Shown: positions 38,655 to 50,600 of the stretch, piece after piece | Layout: the number at the start of each line of letters is the position of its first letter | Numbering within the stretch: the stretch's first letter is position 1 | Assembly: GCF_964355755.1 (NCBI RefSeq) | Contig: NC_092671.1 | Span: 9,920,001-9,984,000 of the forward strand | Direction of reading: 5' to 3' | Length of the DNA: 64,000 nt | Origin: Antedon mediterranea | Taxonomy: Eukaryota; Animalia; Echinodermata | The notes under the pieces: generated by a model | What the model was told of the DNA's origin: nothing | Seen by the model: the letters and a program-made list of their open reading frames with translations, nothing else | The model's database searches: none | Made by a program: the position numbers and the translations under genes

Positions 38655-41600
38655 TTAATCAGGTTCTTTTCTATAGAGTGATCCGTACCTTCCCATGTAC
38701 TTGCGAATGTATTCTTTGGCTTTGTGTTTCACATTTGCATTCACTTCTAGATCTTCCATGTTTTTGCAATGTTTTAATTCTTTGGCCATGATACCATGTG
38801 TTAACTATACGAATAAAATCAAATATATTTTATATTGAATTGAATATAAAACAAAAGTTTTTAAAAATCCAGTATATTACAGGAATTGACAATACATTTC
38901 TTTGCAATATGTGTACTGTATATTATTGGCAATGGGTGGTTAGGGTAACATTGATTTCTTGGTGTGTACTGTACAATATTTTCCATTGGAATTACTGGTA
39001 CTACTAAACTAACTTAACTACTAATACTTAAATGGGCTAATGGGTACAATGTATTACCTTTCTCGCCAAGTGCTTAAAATCCTCTGTGTTTGTGATTCGT
39101 CCAATTTTGCATTCAGGTTTCCTGTAGGTATTTAATACTGTCACTACGTAACCAGACATCTGACAAATAAAAAAACATTTTAAACATCTTTGTATGCATA
39201 AAATTATATAGTCAATTATATAAATCCGCTGAGTTCTTATTGGTCGGATAAAGAAAGCTCACGCATAATCCAGACCAATCACGATACGGCTGATATCTAT
39301 TCACTACCAGAGAGTGTAGTTTTTCTCTTATGTTTTGCAATAACCCATGACAATACACAAGGTCTCCCACTAACAGATTTACTGTATTTTGTACATTATT
39401 TTTTTAGCGTATAAACATTTCTCTATGGTAGGCAGGCGTCCTAAAGTAGTTTTTAAGTCTTACTAATAGGCATAATATTAAAATACTGTACTAACCTTTG
39501 ACCTGAAATGATCTTTACACTTTTTAGCTGTTTCACTGGATGTATCTGCTGCTGCTGTTGTTGTTCTCCTGTGCTTTCTCTCGTCGTATGTTGGTGTACC
39601 TAAATCCATGTCTGCTTCTTCCTCGCCAGGTACAGCATCATTCCCATCCCATGATGGTGGGTCCCACTGAGTTTGTCTGGTAAGATTATAGAAATAATAA
39701 CATAACTTCAATTGAGCTTTCACAAAATTGATAAATGTACATGTGTGGAATGGTTAATGGGATTGAATTATATATATATATATATTATATGATGAAGGGC
39801 TAGTGTTGCCCAAAAGCTCTGCTAACTTTTCTGGCTGTTTTACTTTATTGTTTTGATTTAGCTTTTTGCTTGTTTTTTTTGTATCTCCATTGAGATCCAG
39901 CCACTGATACCCACAGCATTGTCATTTGTTCAGTAATTTGCCTTTGGATTTGTATTTATTAAATATTGTAACAACAAAAAATCTATCCAAAAAAAACATC
40001 TAAAATCAAATATATTTTTGGTAAGAAACAAAACTTAGGAGGCATACCTGGTAATAGCATGATAATAGTACACTTTACCCTCCGAGTCGGTAGCTGTTTT
40101 CCAATTAGGGGGCAGTTTATTTGGCGGTGGTTTAGGTGGGGACGGTATATCATCCTGAACTATGGTTTGCATTGATGTAGAAGAGGCTTGCGAGTTGACT
40201 GCAACTGGAGTTAGATTTTGGTTGATAAGCTGGGTCTGTAGTTGCTGAAAAGATATTGAAAATCATTTAAAAAGATATTGACAAATTCACAATATAATTA
40301 CGCTACAATGTGTCCCTTTAATAGGGGTGTCCCTTGTATAGGGGTTGGCCATAGTGTCAAAACATATACAGTAAACTTTCCCAATACCGGACTCTCTGAA
40401 AACCAGAAACTATCCCAAAACCAGACAAAAGGTACACATTTTTAGCATTAAAAACACATTCTAAATACCAGACTTTCCAGACATATTAGGCAAGTCCAAA
40501 GCTGTCCTTTTGTTCATTTTCACTAGGTGAATAGGGATGTTCATAAAAACTTGCATATCTTCCTTGCTCATGACATTTTGATTTAGCCTTTGTTTCTTGC
40601 TTTTTATTTCCAATTGTTAAATTCATTTTTGATTTACATAACATTGAGAATAAGAACTACGCTATTTATTAAAATATTTATATTGTACATATACAGACAA
40701 CAGAAAATACTTCAGTATAATCTACAAACCTGATGTACATTAGGGTCAGCAAGTGGTGTGATAGTTTGTGTAATCAGCATACCATCTGGTGTGATGAAAG
40801 TTGTTGTCTGAGCTTGGGCTGGCGTTTGCTGTAAAACACAATCAAAATGGTTATAACAACAACATGAAACTAGTAAATAATTAAACCGGATTACAATATA
40901 TGTAACAAACATAGTGACAATGATGAAGAAAACATGAGTATGATGATGGTAACAAAGAGAATTCTGCTGCTGATAATAAGGGTGATAGATTTTGAGGATG
41001 ATGGACTTTCAATTTTGAGATGACCTGGTATTTTAGTTACATTATGATAATTCATTGTGCCATGTAGTGACATTCGGACATGTTTCTTCACTCAATCCCC
41101 TGACACAATTTTGGTGGTTTCTAGATCCAGACAATGTGTAGGTTTTTCGCAAATTGGAAACTCCCTAATATAAGCCAAGCTTCTGGATAATAGCCTAGTA
41201 TTGTTTGAAACTCTTTTTTTTTACGATAAATATAATGGTAACAATAACAATAATGGTATCCTAGTCATGATGCAAATGGTAAAAGAAAATAAAGATAAAA
41301 AATAAAAGATTAGTATAAAGTTGTTTTGGTGATTTAATTGGGAAGTACAGACATTGAAGTCTTTACCTCAAGATTAATTAATATGGTTATATACACATAA
41401 CACTGTTAAAGTAATTATTATGTTATTTTACAAAATGTTTTGTATGTTTCATTGATATTTTAATTTACTTTATGACATGATTATTTATTAAAACATGAAT
41501 ATCGACAGAATTACTGGAATGGAAAGAAGAATGAAGTTTACAGAAATTTTACTTGAAATTGCTGAAGTACACAACTAGTAGCTACCATGTGACTCCTGTG

Positions 41601-44600
41601 ATGATTCTCATACTGTGTAATATTCAATTAACAGTAAATCAATTAATATTAATTGAAGTTAAGAATTTGACATAATGCAAAGATTACCGTTTTTGTTTCA
41701 AATCATTCAGTACACAAGGCAATAGAAAATGTTTATATGAGAATCATGCATAGAAATATAAACAGTATGATTTTTTTAAATATATTTCTTTTCCAATATA
41801 GGACCACTGATCCCGACTTTTTTTCAAATATTGTACTAAGTTCTGTATCATGCACATGTGCACGGGACCAACAGATTTACCTCCCATCTGAAGGATCAGG
41901 CAATGGGAGCAAAGTATCTTGCCTAAAGATACAAGCAATGTGGTACAGACAAGTCTTAAAGTTTAAACCCATGCATGCCTCTCACATGCTAGCGCGATTT
42001 ACACCATACCACTTTAACTCTGCTGTTATATCAATATATAAAATATATATATTGTTAAAAATACATATTTTTGTCATAAGCATGCGTTAACACATCTCAT
42101 GATGCAAGCTAGATGTCTTGTCATGCTTTCACACCTGTTTTATAGCTCGTCTCATGACAAAACCTAATTCACAATCATCACCCCCTCGTCCACGGGATTG
42201 TATATCAGGTACATTATGCTTCGTCTCCCAGGGCTAGCAAAGTTTATCAATATTTTAATTAATATTAATCAGGATACAAATATTTTCAATTGGCTTTAAA
42301 TTAGAAAATATCTTTTCAAGAGTATGCTAATGAATTGATTAAAAAAATAAAAAAGCAATATATATACATGAAGCAGTATGCAACTAAATGTATGGATAAA
42401 ATGGAATTTAAACAATGTAACAGAAAGAACAAGAAACTACTTCTATGGTATGATAGAAGAACTAAACTTACTGCTGCAGGCTGGATATGCTCCATGTGCT
42501 CTTGTACACCTGGTGCTACCATGTGTTCAGGTATACCAGGTTGTACCATATCTTGAATGCCAGGTGGTGGTAACATATGGTCTTGAGGTTGCTGAAACAT
42601 TGGTCCTCCTCCATGACTTGGCTCCCAACCCTAGAATCACAAATTGCATATATCAAAGGTGGAATTTTAATTATTATACCCTAACAATGGCTGAAGATTG
42701 TACATGAAAATAGCATTTGACCTGAATATAGTCCCATGTGGCCTGGGTATGACATTTAAAGAATTTGGAAATTTAGTCTTGTTTTCCAAATTTAGCCTAA
42801 ATTAGTGAGTTAGATTAACTATGGAATTATACTTGTTCATAATTATACAGTAATAAGACATAGAAATAACTTAAATTATAGCAAAAAACTTAATTTACAT
42901 ACATGTGGTAATTGTTCAGGTGGTATCACTCCTTCAGGTCCGTGATGCATAGGGGGTTCTCCATATATTGGCATACCATTTTCATCCATATACATCATAG
43001 CATTAGGATCGCTACCGTCCATAGGTGGCATCACGCCATCCGGTGGAGGAAGCATTCCTGGTTCCATGTGTTCTGGAAATGGCATCATGAAAGGGGCCAT
43101 CTCTGGGTCCATTGCATAATGTGCTGGTATTGGAAAACCATTATTATCAACATAATGATATTGCATGTCCTCCTCATAGTAATCCATCATATGTTGTCGC
43201 ATCATTTCTTCTTTATATTTCTTTTCTTCCTCTTTTTTCTGGATTTGTTCTTCCATCTCCCTTTCAAAAGCTTGTCTTCTTTCCTGTTTGCTAATTTCTT
43301 TTGCTCGTTTTCTTTCAGGCTCATCAGTGATTTGATCTTTCCAAGGTTTACGTAGCTTCGGTAACGTTTTGCTCTCGCTCTCTCTTCGGTCTTCCCGTTC
43401 TCTACTACGTGAACGAGAACGCTTTTTATAGTCCCTCCTTCGATCTCTTCTATCGCGATCTCGATGCCTGTCGCTGTCCCTATCATACCTGCTTCTATCA
43501 CGTTCCCGACTTCTTTCTCGGTATCGATCATAATCTCTGTCTCTGTTGCGATCTCTTTCGCGATCACTGCGATCTCTATCCCGGTTTTTGTCACGATCCT
43601 TTCTATCTTTGTCTTTGTCCAGCTTAGGAATTATGTATATTTCCTGGAATAAATAAAACATGCTAATTAAGAATAATTGTTTTATGTTTTCTTTGATTTT
43701 TTTTATATATTTAGGAAAATTGCCAAAGATAACCATAAACGAATTAATTAATTAGTTTGAAATCTTGTTCACAAGACAAACATATACACAAATACTCTAC
43801 ATAAAAAAAGTCTTATAACAAGGCTTTGGGAGTGGAGTTGTAATTTGCCATTAGAAAAATCCTGACATGACAGGACTTAAACCCAGGACCCTTTGATTGG
43901 TAACCAAGCTTTATAACCAAGCCACACCAAAAAAGAAGTTACATAACACACAATGTACTGTTGAAAATGTACATAAATCTAAATGCAAGAATTACAGAAG
44001 GAAAATTCAAATTGTTCACTAATGGAAACCTACATCTCCAGATAACTAGTTAGTTATGAAAGGATTAACTCTTTCTAAACTGTGTCGGAAAGACGATTTT
44101 ACAAGAAAAAAAGTGTCTGTGGGATACAGTATATTGTATTACTATTTATTGTGATAATACTTCAAATAACCCAACACATTTTTTACAGTTACCTTAAGTG
44201 TACTCCAAGATTCCAAAAGTGACGCTGCGATTTTAGCAATGGATGGTTTAGCATCAGATTCAGCACTGACAACATCCTTACTTGCATCATCAATCTTTTC
44301 ACCATCTTCACTTTGGACATCCTTAGTTAAATCAATGACTGCTTCTCCTTCCGTTTCTCTTTCAGAAACATCCTCCTCGGTGCCACTAATTTCTTTTGAT
44401 TCAGAATCAGAAGATGGCGCTGGTAAAATTCCTTCAATCTGTAACTGTCTTAGGAGTTTCTTTTTTGGCGGTTCACTGCCATCTTTGATACTTGTAGGGG
44501 TAACAGCTACATCATTGTCACTTTTTTGTTTGACAGGAGTGTCAAAATCACTGTCTTCCTTTACATCAGATGTCACATCTTCTTTTGTTGATACTGGAGT

Positions 44601-47600
44601 GTTTGTGATGGAAGGGGTTTCTGCTCGTGATGGAGTCTCACTGGCACTAGAATCTTCCACTTCAGGTTCTGAAGCTTTTGCTGCCAATGCTGCCTCTTGC
44701 GCCCACTTGTTGACAACCGATCTCACTTTACTGTCCTCAAGCATATTTTTATGAGGAATTGGTAAAATATCCAATGTTGCAAGTATCTATTGAATTAATG
44801 AAAACATGAAAATGTCTTTTACTAAAATTTTGAAAAATAAATAAGGTATAGTATGAATGAACAGATTATTTCAAGGCTTTCTGATGTCACTTAACCTAAT
44901 AAGACAGCTGGCATAGGGGTCCAGCTTTATTAATTGCCCATTCAGTCCATTATCCAAAATGTACAGCTAATGAGAACAAGCCTTTATAAAGTCTGACAAG
45001 CACAAACTATCTTTTCTGTCTGGGGATGACACAGCAGGGTAAACAGTGTTGTTATTAAGTTTTAAATCATATTATTGTTTAAGCATTTACCTGCATTTGT
45101 AATTGTTCTTTGTTATCACCTAGATCTACCATCCAGCTCCAAATAAGCGCCAATCCATGATGTGTCAGAAAGTATTTCAAACAGTCTTGCTTCTTGGTAT
45201 CCTACAAATGCCAACAATTACAAATACATTAAAAAGACATTTTAAAATATAGATAAAAGACTTACTTAATGAATTTGGGCAAACTCGAGAGCATTACCTG
45301 TAATACTTGCAACAGTTTTAGTCTTTGACTGGATGTCTCTGCTCTGACCATGAACCTTGAGAGTTTCAATGCCTGGTCTGCTTTCTGGAGACCATCATTT
45401 TGCATGTCAGAACACATTGTATCGATTTCTTCATCCAACTGAAGATAATTACAAAAATATATATTATTCATACAAACTGAATTTTTAAATCAATTTTTTT
45501 TGCTGCAATGTAGACAGAGAAACTACACACTAACCCAGGTGAGACATGTTGTGTATCATAAATAAACAGTGTCAAAGAGATATAAAAAAGGCGTCATGTA
45601 TACTCACAGAGATATCTTCAAAACTTTCTTTCTTGCGCCTATCTTGGGTACTTCTTCTCCGTGGTGTGGTATCACGTCCTTTTGGTTGTGCTTTTCTCTT
45701 ACCAATATATCCCCTGCATGTGTCTGCACCACAACAGCATTTCTGAGCTTCCTCACTGGTATAAAGATTGATGCAAGATTTATAACAATTGAAATTATCA
45801 AAAGACAAAAACCAAATACTAACAGGAAACACAAATCTACTTATACTCTAATATATATCAACTCATTTTCAATCTAGAACCAAACAAAAACCTTACCCAT
45901 AAACTTCAAATTGGTAGTCAAAGGTAAGTTCTTCACCCACTTCTAAAGTTCTAGTTGTAAAGAAGCCAACTCGCAAGGATCCATTAACTGTCCACTAAAA
46001 AAAAAACTCCCAGCAATTAATATGACTGCAATCGTCGTACAATATTACAAACTTCTATTTGGTTTTGGTGATTATACCTCCTGATAAAAGAAGAATGATA
46101 AAATTACTCAATAAATTTCCAAAATACTTACCTTTTGTGTTTCACAGTTAGGTTGACAACTGTGGTTGATAAATCTGGATGTGTTACCACGCTTAGTAGC
46201 ATCAATTATCTTAAGATGGAAAAACAATTTTTTGTTAATCCACATGTTATGCTTAAAAAATAATTACAATGTGCTTAAATTTCCCCAAAAAATAGTAATA
46301 CAATTATCAAAATTATTCATAGTATTTATAAAACACTTTAACCATAAGCCCTCCTTCTAGAACATCAAATTCAGTGGACACTTATGAAGAGGAAGTATAA
46401 ATATATTGTTCCTACAGGACACTTGGGTTGTACTGTAATTACCAGTCTTTTCTTTTTAACAAAAGCTATTAGATATACTCATTTGTAGTTTCTGTGATTG
46501 TCAATTGTTATTATTATGATAAAAGTAATTTGCAATCTGCATGAAATAACCTTTGTTCCTACCTCATCTGTCTTTAGAGCCATAAAGTAAAAGTGATGTT
46601 GCTTGGCTTTATTGTATTGCTTCACCCTCTGCTGAAATTCATGAAAATTAAGCACCTCACCGCAGTACTCCATTATAAATGCACCTCTATAAATCAAGTA
46701 ATTTAAATAAAAATAGAAATTAAACAAATTATAAGCGACATCTGTAAACATACAAAAGTCCTCAACCAGAAATTATTTAAGCGGCAGATTCAGCCTTCTT
46801 GAAGATAGGAGAGGAAGGGTGATTGTTCACAATGCGTGATGAATAATAAACTTGCTGGCATTAGGGATCCAGTTTTAATCAACATGCACAAAGTCTGCAC
46901 TACTATAATTCCATTAATGGAAAAGTATAGTAAACATTTAGTATAGACAGGCAAGCAGTATACTTACTCTCCGATCTCTCTCAATGCCTTCAAACCATGC
47001 CCCTTATCTTTACTATAGAAAACACCAACAGGTGCATATTCACGCTAAATAAAAAGAGAATGAATAAACAACTTTAAATTTTAACCACAATTTTTTTTTT
47101 TTTAAACAATACTGTATTTACAATTTTTTTAAATAAAATGATTGATTACAATAGCAATTAATTAGATGTTTTGCCCTACTCTGACGTAATTTGTACTTTA
47201 TACTAAGTACATTTGAGAATACTAGTATCAGAAAATAGTTCTCGGGTGGGACTCGAACCCACGACCTCCAGATCACTAGCCTGGCATTCATACCTCTAGA
47301 AATTAAACAATTATTAAGATGAGACAAATATCATAATACAAATGAAAATGTCAACATTTCATGTAAAATACCATACAATTACAAGGGCTTACCCTGGTAC
47401 AATACTACCATCTTAGTTTTTGTATGTACTAATGTACATACAAAATGTAATGTAATTGTATATAAATAAATAACAAAATTAAAACTTACACGCTGGAAAC
47501 GCTTATTTGTACAATAGTCTCCACATGGGCATCTCGAAGAGCTGAATCAGAAAAAGTATTTTTTTACAACCAACAAAATTAGTAATATAAAATGAGTTGT

Positions 47601-50600
47601 CCTCTTTATGTACAGTAATGTATGTATTTGTTTGATATATAATATATAAATTTTTAAATAATTTGATAGTATGATTTATATATAATTTACAGTGCTATGC
47701 AACATTTGATTTATAAATGTACGGTGTATGTTTTGTTATTCATTCACCCTATATTGTGTATTTACATATATTGTAATAATATTAAATAGCACCATACCAT
47801 TCAATCATTAACAGCCTATTTAAACAATCCTCATCACATGCTCTAAATCCTCTACGTCTATCTTCAGATGATGTCGTACATTCACACAACATCCTGCGAG
47901 CCTCTTTACTCGATTTTGATCTTTTTCTATAGAATACAAATAGAAAAAGATGGAGGAATAATTTAAACATATGAAGTATGAATATACGTTAGCATAATAC
48001 TGTAATGATTATTATCTAATATTATTTAAATGTTCACATGGGAGATAAACAATAATCAATTAATTAATAGTAAGGTTTGCTTGATAATAATGCACTTAGG
48101 CACCTAGCTGAGACTATATACAGGGCTTGGTTTTGGTTCCAAAACTTATGTTGGCATGAAACTAACCCTAAAGATAACCCCAGTAGGTGCGATAGTGCAT
48201 TAGTTACGCCAGAATATGCATTCACTTCCTTTTGGAGACACATGTTAATTTTTATATAGATTGTTGTTACATACAAAAACACTATTTATGCATCTATAAA
48301 AAAATATAGTTGCCATTTCTCCTATAGCCTACTTCAGCTGTGTTTTGTTTTAATTTATTTATTTAGGCAAATTGCCAAGGATAACCATAAGCAAATGAAT
48401 TCACTATCCTTCTTAAAGGTGGCAATCCTGTTCACATGACAAACATATACACAAGATAAATAAAAAAAATGTCTTATTACAGGTCTTTGTTACATACAAG
48501 ACACTTTATTTGGTAGCTAATAGAATTTTCTAAATATCTCACCTTTCTGTAAGATAAATGTTTTCTGTAAGACTGTCAAACTCTGGGTAATCACGTTCAC
48601 TTAGGATTCCCATTGCCTTGTAGTCCGGTACATCTTTCACATGTTGCCTATCTGATGGCTTACTAGATGAGTTACTATCAACTTGCTTGGAAGCACTATT
48701 CTCTTCAGCCTCACTGGTGATATCAACACCCAAATTTGAGCCTAGCAGCTTTGGCTTATCTTCACCACTTTCATCCAGAAATAAATCCTTAACACTTTCA
48801 CTAGTTGTTGTATTTTGATCTTCATAAGTTGTAACTCTCACTTTAGCACTTGCTTCATTTGACGTTAACTCATTGTTTGTATTAGGCAAGACCTCTTCTT
48901 CCTTAGCACCCGAACTAGTTAAGCATTGTCCATCAGAAATTGAACTTTGACTTGGTTCTGTTTCACATATACCAGCTTGGGAATCAGACAATGGAATATT
49001 AGAAACTTGGGGAGTCATTGCTAGCTGCTGTAAATATGATTTGGTAAAGATGATATTAGACCCATCATGGATATTATCTGTAATTCCATGCACAGGCGAA
49101 TGTTCCTGAGAACTATTTCTTGATATGTTCTTAACTTGTTCTACAGTTTTTGGAGATTCTTTTCTTTTTCCTTCTAATGACTTTATTCTACTACTTCTCC
49201 TCCTCTCTTTGCCAATTGGCTCTGCTTCATCTTGAGTGCTCTCTGAATCAGTATTCCACCTTTTTCTCTTTCCTTTACTTTTTGATAAGAAATCATCATT
49301 GTCTGCGTCGGTAAAGTCACTGTAAGTTTGTTTTGTCACAGAGCTCAACTCTTGATTTCTATCAAAATTTTCCGAGCGAATAGAATCTTGAAACGCAATC
49401 ATGTGACTATCAAATTGTTCATGATCTTGTGGCAATGTTTGATTATACCCTGCATTTGGAACCAAAGCATTCTCAGATTCCATCGATGTTTTCTTATTGG
49501 ACAAAGTTTCAAATTTCAGAAGACTAGAATCTGGGATTTGCTCAACTGTTTCTGGTTTCATTATGTTGTTGCCAACATCTTCAGAAAGAGGTTTAGAGAT
49601 GGAATATTCTGTTGATGGTTCCAAGCGTTTGAGGTCACTCACCTCGGGGTACATCTTCTTTTGTACATTGCTACTACAAGTTACAGACTCAACTATAGAA
49701 AGAATATGGCTACCATTATCAGCATTCTCTTGTTTTGCATCTCCTTCAATTGGTATGCTATTTTTATTTGGCAATTCTGACAAAGGAAACATCTCACTAA
49801 TGTTAGTTCTAGCTTCAGAGGGCATTATGATGTGCCTTGCTGTTCCTGTTGTTGGAATCACTTTACTTAACTCTGTACTTTCAGATTCAGGAGAAGTAAG
49901 CACCTTTAAGCTTCGAACTCTTTCAGGAGATACTTTAGTTGCACCACCGTTCTCTCTACTGGAGTAATGAGGTTCAACTACAGAAATCGTCTTCAAAGTA
50001 CTATAATCATTAACCATACTTTCATGAGGTGGTTCTGATGGTATTTCAAATTTAGGCAAATGCATTTTTGGTTCACTTTTTTTAGAGTTACCTTTCAATG
50101 CATCTTGAGTTTCAATTAAAGGTATCATCTTTAGGTTTTTATTCCCTAAAGGAGAGAATACATTACCTATAGTCTCAATCTTTGTCAGTTGATTTTCGAA
50201 TGAAGGTATAGGTTTCAATTTTTTTTGTCTACGCGTCCAAAAACTACCTCCCATAACACCAAAAACTTCCTTACTTTTATGGTGCGATTCAGTTATTGAA
50301 GGTATTGGTTGCATGTTTTTAGTTCTTCCAGAAGACAAGTCAAAGAGTTTTTGTGTTGCATCCTTATTTTCCTCATTCTCATGAATCTGGGATTCAAATA
50401 GTGGTATTATCTTTAAAGTCCTATTTCTTGGAGAAAACATGCTTGTTTCCTCTGTTGGTGGTTCTGTATCTGGAGTTTCTGGCCGTGGCAAATGTATTGT
50501 TGGTATGATTTTATTGCTTTCAACATTTTTACTCGTTTCATCTTGACTGAGAGTTTCAGATAGAGCTATTGCTTTTAAATTTGTAGTGCTCTCAATAGAA

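Noticed and set aside
40891-41130. Possible extra SETD2 exon
   Set aside because: Flanking exons already join in frame and no convincing donor/acceptor pair was found.
44870-46900. snoRNA interpretation of the intronic hairpins
   Set aside because: No properly placed H (ANANNA) and ACA boxes or C/D boxes on the host-gene strand.
47238-47305. Possible functional tRNA gene
   Set aside because: No acceptor stem or D arm; better explained as a SINE head.
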